Shown here piece after piece: positions 13,054-27,384 of a DNA stretch of 64,000 nt (the stretch's first letter is position 1; each line of letters starts with the position of its first letter). The DNA lies in the NCBI RefSeq assembly GCF_009914755.1, contig NC_060928.1; one strand, given 5' to 3'. A program made the position numbers and the translations under genes. This DNA is from the human T2T-CHM13v2.0 reference genome, Homo sapiens. The notes beneath the pieces were generated by a model. The model saw only the letters and a list, made by a program, of their open reading frames with translations, had not been told where the DNA came from and ran no database searches.

Positions 13054-14154
13054 TTAATTTTAAAACTGTGTTTTTCTCTGGAATTTCATTCTCTGGTTTC
13101 ATCACCAATTAATATACACCCTGTCAAAGATAATTGCATATCTTTTTCTGCATTCCTTTATTTTTTCCTGGACAGGCTTTTGCCTACTTTCTTCTCCACT
13201 AATTTCAAACCTGAGGTAAAGTCTGTTTTCTATTACACCAGTCTGAGAACTCTTTCTTCTTATACCATAAGATTAAATTCTTGGACATGCAATTAACCAA
13301 CTAAACTTAATCAATTCTATTTGATAACCCCTCTGATTCTGCTGTAACCTTCTTTGTGCTTTCGTAGCATCTCACTTCATATTCTGAACCACTTGAAATA
13401 CTGCTACCAGAAATTGTTCCAGTTACATCTCACAGTAATATAATATTGCTACCGTCTGGTCATGGTGTGTGGAAAGAAGCATTGGTTTGGGGATAGGAGG
13501 ATCTGGATTAAAATCTCAACATCCTACTAGCTGTGTAACCTTGGTCAGGGTAATTACACATTCTTATCTTGTGTTTCCATAAAATGGGATTGTAATACTT
13601 CACAACGACTTTATAAGGGTTCCTTAAGATGTCATGTGAAGTACCTAATGCTTCAGTTTCTTTGCTTTTTATTCTTTTCTTAGGCTATGTGTTTAAAGGA
13701 AAAATAATTCATTTAATAACTACAAAGGTAAATTGACATCTACCAAGGAAATAAAGATGTGATAAAATGCAGTGACAGCTACCAAGAACTTACATGTTAA
13801 TTAATTTTTGTGACAATTAGGTAGCTTTTTACCTTTGCAGATTTTTTGACAGTAAGAATAATCACTAAATCCTCAACTTAATTGACTTCCTAACAGAGAT
13901 AAACTATGAAGTAAATATTTAAAAAGAGAATTTGTTTTAGAAAAAACAAATAACTGTGATAATATGTAACAGTGATAATATGGGAAAGAAATTCTCTGAG
14001 ATAGTGGTGTCTTAGAGATAATTCATAAAATGAAGCCTGAATGCATTCATTCATTTATGCAGGAAATATTGGTTAGTCTTACAGTGTACCAGTATGAAAA
14101 ACTCAAGAAAGGACCTGCAGATGTTTTGCCTGCTTTTGAGAAAGATAGATTCTA

Positions 14155-14478
<324 letters not shown>

Positions 14479-14539
14479 ATTTTTTTCTCCCAAAGAGCTG
14501 GGATTATAGGTGTGTGCCACCATGCCCAACTAAAGTTAC

Positions 14540-14841
14540 TTTTTTTTTTTTTTTTTGAGGTAGGGTCTTACTCTGTTTCTCAGGCTGGAATGCAGTGGTA
14601 TGATCACAGCTCACTACAACCTTGACCTCCTGGGCTCAAGCAATCCTCCCGCCTCAGCCTCCCGAGTAGCTGAGACCATAGGAGCATGTCACCATGCCCA
14701 GCTAATTTTTTTTTTTTTTTGGAGAGACAGGGTGTCTCATTATGTTGAACAGGCTGGTCTCAAACTCCTAGGCTCATGTGATGCTCTCACCTCAGCCTCC
14801 CAAATTGTTGTGATTATAGGCATGAGCCATCACATCTGGCC
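14540..14841 (-). mobile_element. AluJ-like
   Basis: T-run followed by antisense Alu consensus (cctcctgggctcaagcaatcctccc). Confidence 0.9.
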
Positions 14842-15780
14842 TTATCTTCTTTTTAAGGCCCATTGAGATTTAGTAATTGGCCTGAGGTCACATGACTAGT
14901 TAGTGGCAATACTCAGCTAGATGACAGGTCTCCAAATATAAGTTCATTACCTTTTCTTCTAGTAATGATCTCCAAAAAATTTTTTATTACATTTGACAGG
15001 AAAAAAACAAAACCTCAACCCCCAAATATGTGTATTTATTAAATTTTAAATTAGGCACATGCAGCAATTTACTAAGCTTGTGCCTGTTATCATACACAGA
15101 TTAAGAATTGAAAGGATGAACTAAAACAATTTTACAGAATTTTATTTTATTTCTACTTATTCATCTAATGATGTATTTAATTATTAAATATATATTTATA
15201 ATAGTTAAATATAAGTGAACTTTATGTATTAAATACTAATCATACCATATTTTTCAATTCTAACATTTATATAAACATTTGTGTTGAAATTTGGTTAATT
15301 TCTCTGATGTCTACTCTGATCATCTGGCAAGCTAATCAGTAGCTATTACATTTTTACATTTTAAGTAAATAAGAACAAAACCCACTAAAATATGAGTTAG
15401 CAGACCTTTAAGCAGTTTAGAAAATAAAAAATTGCTATAGATGACATACATTTATTTTGCAGCAAAGTCATATATTGATGGGACTATTTCCAAATGTAAA
15501 TTTTCAAAATATTCTCTCAGAACTAATAATTTCTTTAGAGAAGCTATACTGTCTTTATCATTCTTGAACACTTCCTCTACTTGGAGGGACAGATTATTAA
15601 TTTTTTCAAAAATATATTCTTGATAAGATACCTTTGACAGCCACTTGTCACCATTGAACAGGTCAGCAAAATTGAACTCTTCTCCTTTTTGTATATTTAA
15701 TTCATCTTTAAGGTTAAACTCTTTGGGTATTTTGCTGTGAGATACCTTGTTAACCTTTATGTGGTTAAAAAAGATTTTCA

Positions 15781-16086
<306 letters not shown>

Positions 16087-16533
16087 TCAAGACTACACCA
16101 CAACTCATCGCGAAACATTGTGCAGAATATTGTATTTACTTAAACACACACAGAGTTTCAGCAGAAAGTAAAAGGTGACAGCATCACTGTCAACTCCTCT
16201 TCTCCTTTTCTCAGGATCCTCAGGCATTAGAGAACCTTCCAACAGAAAGACTGAGTATAGGTTCCACGATCACCTATGCGTAAAATATTATAAAAGCTTA
16301 ATATCTTTCTGATTTTTAGACAGGAGAAAAATACAAGTTTGATATGTAATTAAATAGAGTTTGAATACCTTCTTATCTCACTGGTTTGTTTTGCATATGA
16401 GTTAAAATGCGTACCTGATATAGAGACTGCGTAAATTTGGAGGCCAGAAAGACCTGGCTTTGCCTGCTCCTTCTAACCTTTGACAAGTTCAGTAAGTCTC
16501 AGTTTCCTCTTCTTTAAAAGCAGATTTTATAAT

Positions 16534-16562
16534 ACACACAGACACACACACACACACACACA
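16534..16562. repeat. Interrupted (CA)n microsatellite
   Basis: Read directly from the sequence. Confidence 0.9.
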
Positions 16563-18821
16563 GTGGGAATTTTGTAAAGTTAAAGTTTGATAATATTTTC
16601 TTGGCACATGGCAAATAGTTGTTCAGTAAGCTTCACTGAAGCCCTTTTCACTCTTTGAACTGATTGTTTTCTGCCTTGTTTTGTTTTGTCATCCATTTCT
16701 TGTTCACTGTCACATACACATCAGATTAGTGACTTACTAGAATGCCATGAACAACTCTCAACTCTTACCGCCGGAAATTCTTTTATTCTTCATAAACTAC
16801 TTACAACCACCCCTGAAATTCTTCTCTTGATCTAGCTTATACTTCCTTTCTTGTGTTTATAGAAAGAACTTTAGTGAACAATTCTAAGCATAGATGGCCA
16901 TCAATAATTAAATGAATTAATAATTAAATAGATGAAGTCTTGTCCAGATAGCACATAGGAATTTTAACATGGTCTTTTTCATTTCCATTTAAATTTTAAT
17001 ATATTTAGTGTATAATAACTGCCAACAATAGGTGTAATTGATATATGAAAACATGTAAGAATATAATACAAGTTTGTACACTTGATGACATGGATTCTTC
17101 ATTAAAGTAACCAAAATGTGAAACAAAGACTGTAAAGCGATTTTAGTCTTCATAATGGCTAAAAATATTTTTTTGTATATTTAGTCCTGTTGTTCAGTTC
17201 TTAACATTCCCAAACAATACTTATAATGGGATTTAGTACTTGGTTGTAGACCTGTCTAAGTTAAAGTAAGTCGTAATAGAAACACTTTGCTTCATATTGT
17301 AGTCCTATACTTTTTACATAGCTGTGGTTATGCTTAAATTTTATATAATTCTCCCGTTTACTTAAGACTATGAGAAGTAAGTGTGAAAGATAGTACAGAA
17401 CTCACAAAAATATATTTCCCCCAATCTTCTTAACACTCTCTAGAATTTTAGCTCCCAATTTTCAGAGCTTGGTTAACACACATAATGCTATACTTACTAT
17501 GAACATGTTATCATATTCATTGTAATTATAAATGGATACAAAGGCAAATGCCAAAATGTATAATTACTAATATATTGATATTGCACATTTTTATGTAAAA
17601 TAGTAAAACCAGTTTTTGTCTGAAAGCATATTTTGTGCAATTACTAATAGGTCATATTAATTCAGGTAGCAGCAGTGAAGTGTATCTTGTTTATAAGCTT
17701 TGCATTTAAGACACCTTTCTTGCAGGAATCACCTCCTAGTGTGAAAGTTTTCCAAAGATAATAGCACATCAATTCAAAAGTGTAATAGATTTGAGACCAC
17801 AACATGCTATCAGCATGAAGAAGTAGTTTATCAGTCTCACTAACTCACGGTGTCACAGCTAGAATCATTACATATTTGTTCTTTTGTTTTCCCATCAAAG
17901 TACATAGTTTACATTGTAATGTTGGTTGCTTATTTTCTTATTTAAAGTGTTTATTTTTAAAATGCATACCAGAATTAATTTTTGGTAATAATAGAAGAGG
18001 CACTTTAGTGGGAATCTAAAATATTTTCTTTTTATAATTGCATAGTATACATAGTATATTACTTCCTATAAAACATTTATCATTAAATGCATAGTATTAA
18101 TACCTTTATATTAGAAAGAATCAATCCATTTTGAACAAAATGGCCAATTTTTAGAAAATTCACATACATAGACATTTACTTATCTGCCTTTCCTAGAATC
18201 ATCCTTTTTAAAAGTTAGCAGAAATCCAGTGATTAAAATTCAAGGAAAAATAATGAATTTTAGTTTATTACTGACTTACTATGAGTATGTTTTATTACTT
18301 ATTACTTCTTAGCTGTGTCTTTTTAATCAAGCCTTGAGACAAGCCTTTTTATTTTTTAAATCCCATTTGCTCATTTTTATTTTTAGTTATAGCTTTTTTG
18401 TCAAGTATAAATCTACTGCCAGTGGTCGCTGAAAAAGTTAATTAAAAAACTAGTCCTCCTAGTACTTTTTCCTTTCCTCATACCACTTAATTACTCTTTA
18501 AGTTCTCCTGCACACACTCTCGAAAGCATGTTTTAAAATTATTTCTAAAGGTTGAAAGAAAACACTTTCTCTTTAACTCTAACAATGAGAATTCAATGTG
18601 GAGTATTTTTTCAATTACACTGGTTTTTTTGCTGCCTCCAACCTCAGTAAGAATTCAGTTTCTTCACGTTGTTTCATAGATCCGAAGCTACCATTGCTGC
18701 AGCCTTTTTGAGAGTATGGCAGGGCGTCCACTGCAGCCAGCACTGGGAGCATCATCTTAATTGTCACTACTTTGTCCTCAGCAGTTTCGAAGAAGAGTTA
18801 GGGAAAAGGCATGTTTCTCAG

Positions 18822-18874
18822 AAAAAAAAAAAAAAATACATATATATATATATATATATATGTATTTTTTTTTT
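18822..18874. repeat. Compound A15-TACA-(TA)10-TGTA-T10 microsatellite
   Basis: Read directly from the sequence. Confidence 0.95.
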
Positions 18875-19766
18875 CTTCTCCAAATAGCAGATACGTAAAG
18901 TGAAAAGAGATTAGAGATTATATTTGTGTGTGTGTGTGCTTACACGTTACATTTAAATATTTAGAATTGAGTTTTTCAGAAGAATCTCTGGTAGTAGGTA
19001 AAGAGAATGATTAGAAGTAGCTCTTTTTTTAATAGAAATTTTCATACAGGTAATAAGTTGAAACAAGGCTTTTAGAGGAAAAAAGAATATATAAAAACTA
19101 CCCCAGCCAGAAAGGTTGAGAGTGGAGAACTAGTACTCTCTCTGCGAAGAAATTAATGAAGCATTTTGGGAAGTTGTAAATGCCCAAGGTAAAGTATCAA
19201 CTAGATTTACACGTGGCTCAGAAATCCAAGTATAGAGTCCCAAGAGAAAAGGAAAGAGAACCCCTTAGCCAAGGTACTTGTGAAATAAGGTGAGTGCTGA
19301 TGAGTGGTTTTAAAGCAAATGGAAATGTAGATATTATGAAACATAAAGAAGACCCAAAAGGAAATAGATGCTGGTATCTCATTTGGAGATGAAGTAAAAG
19401 CCAGTACACACGGTAGATACTTAAAAGTAGCAATGACATTAGCGTAAGGGAACTGATTAGGGAAAACTTAACTAATAGGTGAAGTTGAAAGGGAAGAGTT
19501 AAAAAAAGGGGGATGTTGAAAAGTGAAAAAAAAAAAAGAGTGAGATGACATAAAGCAATGAAAAATGTTTAAGCCCTTTGACTCTGAGATCCAATGGATT
19601 GAGCGTTGTATAACTCATTTGTTCTAAATTGACTACTCGAAGTAAGCTACCAGCAGTGACTTTCTAAGCAGGAGTCTTGAATTGATTTTCTGATTTGTTA
19701 TACAGTCTTGAAGGGAGACTTGAAGTTAAACTTAAGCTAAGAAACTGATATCCTAATACCTTACTG

Positions 19767-19890
19767 CAGTGATTCTCAGAGTGTGGTTCCTGGAGCAGCC
19801 CCGTCAGTTGCTGGGGTTTCACCCCAGACCTACTGTTGTAACAAGCCCGCCAGGTTACTCTGATGTAAGCTAAAGTTTGAAACCTACCGC
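19767..19890. mobile_element. MER5-like hAT element fragment
   Basis: cagtgattctcagagtgtggttcc ... cccagacctactg ... taacaagccc.ccagg ... ctgatg ... aaagtttga. Confidence 0.65.
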
Positions 19891-20036
19891 TTTAATGTAT
19901 GGAATGGTCTCTCAGTTGCATTTCTGCTCATGTTGGTGTTCTGACCCTTTACCACAGCAGTTCACAAGCCCTACCAAAACCGGCGCTTCCTTATCAGTCT
20001 TGTTGAACTGTTTTCGTGTAAAAGATAGGTAACTGC

Positions 20037-20386
20037 GTCCATGTGATCTCATTGTTCAATTACCACCTATGAGTGAGAATATGCGGTGTTTGGTTTTTTG
20101 TTCTTGCGATAGTTTACTGAGAATGATGGTCATAGGAAGGGGAATATCACACTCTGGGGACTGTGGTGGGGTGGGGGGAGTGGGGAGGGATAGCATTGGG
20201 AGATATACCTAATGCTAGATGACGAGTTAGTGGGTGCAGCGCACCAGCATGGCACATGTGTACATATGTAACTAACCTGCACAATGTGCACATGTACCCT
20301 AAAACTTAAAGTATAATAAAAAAAAAAAAAAAAAAAAGGTCAGGAGATCAAGACCATCCTGGCTAACACAGTGAAAAAAAAAAAAA
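20037..20386 (+). mobile_element. Young 5'-truncated, 5'-inverted L1 (L1PA2 / non-Ta L1HS type) with an Alu fragment between two poly(A) tracts
   Basis: 20037-20130 is antisense L1 3' sequence. 20131-20317 is sense L1 3'UTR (GCTAGATGACGAGTTAGTGGG and AAAACTTAAAGTATAAT, i.e. non-Ta alleles). This is followed by A20, the Alu piece 20338-20373 and a second poly(A). 17-bp TSD aaaagataggtaactgc at 20020-20036 and 20387-20403. Confidence 0.93.
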
Positions 20387-22943
20387 AAAAGATAGGTAAC
20401 TGCAGAACACCTTTTGCAAGTTTCTGCAGATGCTCGTGTGGGTGGGCTTCTCCCGGAAGATTCCCAGCAGCCTCTGCAGTCTTTCAGTTCAGGAATCTTA
20501 CAGAGCTTCTGAGGGCCAGCATCCTCGGCTGATGGAGAATTATTTCCAAATAGCTAGGCATTTGAGCAGAGTGAATAATTATGCTAGATATCTCTGGATG
20601 TCTATTGAGAATCAGTTGCCAGAAGGTAAGGAAAATAAACAGGAACCCAGCCTTGAGTAAGAACGGGTAATTTTCTATGGGGGCTTTTTCTTTAGTTTTC
20701 TGTTTAATAGCTGCCAGAAATTTCCTATTCCTTTCATCATTCTCTAAAGCACATTATTTAAATAAACTATTTTTTCAGCTTTTAATTAGTTTGAACACAT
20801 TGCTAAATATACATTTCACAGATAATCCAGTTGGCTTTGGAACTTAAAATTCAGAATTTGGTAGTGAAAATCCTAAAGATTATGATAAAAACAGATTTTA
20901 AGCATTCACAATGCGTGGGTAATAGTTAATATCATCTTTCAGATACCTTATTTGTTTCAAATACATACTGACAAATATTTTGGGCTGATTCTGTGATATT
21001 TAATGAATGCCCAATTAGAGACCACAAGGAATTAAATGAGTAATAATAGGCGTTATGGAAGGTAACACACACTAACAATTCAGTGTTATATATTTTAACA
21101 GTACTTTTAAAAATCATCTTATCTTAAAATGAACTCTAGGCAAACCGTCCATTGTCTTGATATCATCAAGTGACTAAAACTATCTTGAACTCAGTAGTTA
21201 ATTTTAGCCTTCATGTATTTCCAGGTACATTTAATCCACAAGTGTGGGATTCATTTGCTTTAGATCTGAAAATGTCATTTTGGAAAAGTCGTTTGATGTT
21301 GAGGAAATCTTGTGAGACCTTTAATAAGCCTCTTAAATCCAGAAAGTTATATTTTGCTGGAAGGAAGAAGAACCTATACCTTAAAATTTCCTCAGCTCTT
21401 AAGTGAGAACTTTTGGATATTGAAAAGGTTGTAAATTTGGCCAAACATAGCCAGTCTTTCTTATTGACACATTGTCTTTGAAATCAAAACATCTAATTTG
21501 AAGAAAGCAATCTATATTCTAGATTACTTTTTATCGATTTACCTACATGTGTCAGTAGAAAGCAGGACATCAAGGGATTTTATTTAATCAGGTCACTTTT
21601 AGTTTAATGTAAATGATTCTCTTTGTCCAAGAAAGAATATAAGAGGAGGAAAGCATCAACATTTCCTATGCAGTAGTGCCTTTGTCCCTATACGATATAA
21701 TAGATGTTACTACACAAGATAAGTATTTTTCCAGGTGTCTGTATGTCACTAATAAAAGTTTCAACAGTGCCTCAGGGACAGAAGCTGAGCACTAACTACT
21801 ACACTCTCTTTATCCTAATTATTTGCTTTGTTTGTTAATCTCTAAAAATGTTTTTAACACTATATAAAACATTGAAGGAAACAAACTATTTTCTATGAAG
21901 ATAACTGCTTATGAAGTTAATCTAATTAGAATTTATTTCATTCAGTAGTTACACACTTTCTTTTTGATTTTTATTTTCTATGCTAATCTCCCATTGAGGA
22001 AATGACTCAAACCACTTGGAATAATGCTATAACACATTTTCCAGGGATGCTTTTCAATTGGGTCCCTATAATTTCTAATTTATTAAACTGTATTCTTGAT
22101 ATTAAAGATAAAATGATTATATTAATCCCCTGAACAAAAGACCAGTATTAAGACATTTTTCCTAGTGACTCCTATAAGCTTTCAATTTAATTATGTATTA
22201 TGACTTATTTAATTTTGTTAGCATCTTCTAAAATGAACTTTGATATATTAATATTACATATGATATAGAAAAGTACATTTAAATTTCCTTGATAATCTGA
22301 TTATCTTGCCACTAAAAATCTTATGATGGTAAGTTTTATGCTTATTACTTTGAAAGACAAAATCAATCAAAAGTGAACAGCTACTAAGGAACAAAGCATG
22401 CCTGCTAAGACATGGGGTTTAAAAAAAAAAAAAGCAAAACAAATTATAAGAAGCAATTGTAAGTGGCCTAAGATAGGAGACAGAAGTTTTGACTGAACAA
22501 ATAGAGGTGATTCGGTATACTGTGCGGGTCCAAAATTTAAAACATGATGTTTCATTTGAGGGTAAAAAAAAATTTGAAATGAAATGTTATTTTTGCCTCT
22601 TCTTTGCATCTGCTAAGCAGGTTAAAAGAAGTTGAGGTATAAGAACACAGAACTTCTCTGCTCAGCAATAAAAGAAAAAGAAGAGAAAGAAATGCTATAA
22701 AGGAAAGACTGCAGGATCCCCCAACAGGTTGACTACTCGGGGGTGGGGGTTGGGAGCAGGAAAGAAGAGTAATTAAAAATTACCCAAAGTCTGGCAGTTA
22801 GAGAGACTTAAAAGACAGAGTTACTCAACAGTGACCTAGAAGGCAGGGATGGGGACAGCAAAAAAGATGAGGAAATTCAGTCAATTTGCAACGTGACCCA
22901 TAGAGGTATACATCATGGAATGGGTTAAAAATAGGAGCTAGAA

Positions 22944-23284
<341 letters not shown>

Positions 23285-24535
23285 CTAAAGCCAGATCAAC
23301 AAAGAAACAAACCTTTCAACTTAAGAAGACATAAGAGCAACTATTAATTGTGCTTAACGTAGAGTCATCCTTCCTATATATGTTTTAGTTTCTACATAGC
23401 ATTATAAGTTAATGACGCAATGCAGTTCCACCGTTCTTGTCTTGTTGTTGTTAAATAGAATCCCCCTCAAGATTCCAGAGCCACAAAGCAACTGTTAGTG
23501 TTCGGTGACCTTCTGCACCAGCTGTCTTTTGGGCTTTGAAATTGATTTTCCTCATCTCAGTCTCTGATAGTCTCTCTTCAAGTGTGTCTCTCTAGCTCAT
23601 CACCAGAGTGAAAACAGTGGCACAAATAGCTGAGGAACTGGAGGCAGGCTCCGTGCAGGGCATCATTAGAAACATCAGAACAAAAGGTGTGCTCTGTGTT
23701 AAAAAGAAGCCGCCGCGGCTGCTGCTTTATTGCTGAATACAATGGGGAATATTCTCACAGGTTCACTTTTTTTCATTCCCAAATATGGTCTGAGAAGTAA
23801 AGAAAATCTCTGCCTTTATTCTACAAACCTCATGTGGATGCCAGGTCAAAAGCATATGTTTTTGATAGCAATTTTTGCAGAATTTTTTACGTGTGAGAAG
23901 CATATTCCCAGAGCTGTATGACTCGGCAGAGTCACAGGATGGGAAGAGACTAATGACACACAAAAATGTGTGCTTTATAGAGAATTAGGTGATGATAATT
24001 TCCTTGTGCGGAAACTCACTGTCTACTCTCCATATAGCCGAATTTCAGTATTCCATTCCTTCGTTAAATATTTGTAGAGTCCTAAACATAAAGTAACCAT
24101 TGTGTTGGACCTTGAGAACGGGTAAAAAGAAGTCCTTGGGCTTAAAGACACATTAATCACAATATGCACTTTGGCAGTGTTTGATATAGTGCAATGAAAG
24201 AGCCATTGTTGCCTTTGGAAAGAGGGTATCCTTTCTGAACCCCAAAACTAACAGAGTCCTGCGAAATCTGAGACCAAATATTCTCTGCTATAGAAAATAT
24301 ACTGACATAGATCATAGTAATGTCTAAGAGATTTTTACATGTATATTTTCACATATCTATTTTGAGGCCTAATTTTACCTGAAGGAATCCGTCTACACAA
24401 AATGACACCATTTATTTGTAAGTAGTTTCAAAATACATCAGTTTAAACAATCTTTACTAATTCTTTCTTTACTTACATACTAGAAAGTGATCTGAAAATA
24501 TCAAAGACTGGTGATTTTATTTTTTGATTGATTGA

Positions 24536-25068
<533 letters not shown>

Positions 25069-25279
25069 TGTTTTAAAATATAGTGCACAGGTGATTTGGC
25101 TTCTCTTCCCATGTTTTATAGCATTTCTGTATTTATTATGCACGTACATCACCAAGGCCCCAGTCTGATATACACAATCGGATTGAAATCTCAAAAGTAC
25201 CTCTTCTCTGTGACTAATCTGAGTACAGTACAGGTCCCAATCTGAGGAGGGGTACTTCTGAGATTTAAAGTCAGTGGCT

Positions 25280-25712
25280 GGCCAGGCATGGTGGCTCATG
25301 CCTGTAATCCCAGCACTTTGGGGGCCAAGGCAGGAAGACTGCTTAAGGGTAGGAGATTGAGGTCAGCCTGAACAACATAGGGAGACCCCCATCTGTACAA
25401 AAATATATATAAATAATATTATATATTATTATATATATTATATAATATATAATACATATATATAAAATATATAATACATATTATAATATAATATGTATTA
25501 TATATAAAATATATAATATATAATAATTATATATTATATATAATTATATATATAATATATAATATATATATTATATATATATATTAGCCAGATGTGGTGG
25601 TGCACATGCTGTAGTCCAAGCTACTCAGGAGGCTGAGGAAGCAGGATTACTTGGGGCTGGGAGGTCAAGGCTCCAGTGAGCTGTCTTCACACCACTGTGC
25701 ACCAGCCTGAGC
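25280..25712 (+). mobile_element. AluJ-like with its linker expanded into an AT-rich block
   Basis: Left arm 25280-25398, AT block 25399-25586, right arm 25587-25712. Confidence 0.85.
25399..25586. repeat. AT-rich low-complexity block (3 G/C in about 188 bp)
   Basis: Read directly from the sequence. Confidence 0.95.
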
Positions 25713-25837
25713 AGCTGGAGTAATGTTAGAACAAATAACAAAATATACAATCACAAAGATGTGATTTTAGAATATTACATCTTTGTTTTGAGCAATATCT
25801 CAAAATTACATTTTCTTCTAAGAAAAATAATAATTGC

Positions 25838-26123
25838 GGCAGGGCATGGTGGCCCACGCCTGTAATCCCAGCACTTTGGGAGGCCAAGGCGGGCAGATCA
25901 CCTAGGTCAGGAGTTCGAGACCAGCCTGGCCAACATGATGAAACCTCGTCTCTACTAAAAATACAGAAATTACCTGGCATGGTGGCACATGCCTTTCATC
26001 CCAGCTACTCAGGAGGCTGAGGCTCCTCCCAGGAGGCGGAGGTTGCAGTGAGCCGAGATCACACCACTTCACTCCAGCCTAGATGACAAGAGCAAAACTC
26101 TATCGCAAAAAAAAAGAAAAAGA
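25838..26123 (+). mobile_element. AluS with a small internal deletion in the right arm
   Basis: Alu consensus. The ggagaatcgcttgaa segment is replaced by ctcct near 26023. Confidence 0.88.
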
Positions 26124-26656
26124 ATAATTTCATAGCAACTCAAGCCCTTGCCAAGATTGGTGATCTCATGATCTACTGATGTCTCAAGTTTTGGAAATTT
26201 AAACAGAGGTGTCTGATTTGAAGTCAGCCTCTATCAAACTTACTGTCTCTCACGTAGTAGATATTCACGTTTTTAGTGTTGAGGCTAAGTTCATAATCTT
26301 GAGAGTCCCATAGGCTCAGATTCAAATCCTATCTCCCGTGGAGAAACAGCATACTTTGAATAAAGCTAAAACACATATCCCAGGCTTGCTTTTTGGTTTT
26401 TATAATTTCCAGCCTTATTTATTGCTATTTTATATATTATATGATTTCATTCCTTTATTAGCTGTGGCTTCTTGGCCAAGGTACTTAACTTTTTGAGGCT
26501 CACTTTTCCTCGTCTACATAATAGTCACCATTTTATTTATTTTACACATATTTATTGAACACCTACAACATGCCAAGAACTTTTTAAGTCCTGTTAATAC
26601 AGAGGTGAATAGGACTTCATAGAGTTTACATTCTAATGGGAGAAGACAAACCATAG

Positions 26657-27384
<728 letters not shown>

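Noticed and set aside
20430-20660. ORF with a strong donor-like AAG|gtaagg at 20626, considered as a TENM4-like extra intracellular exon
   Set aside because: Read in the TENM3 phase from the nearby cag acceptor it hits a stop after about 12 codons and does not resemble the TENM4 insert. Such donor motifs occur by chance in 27 kb.
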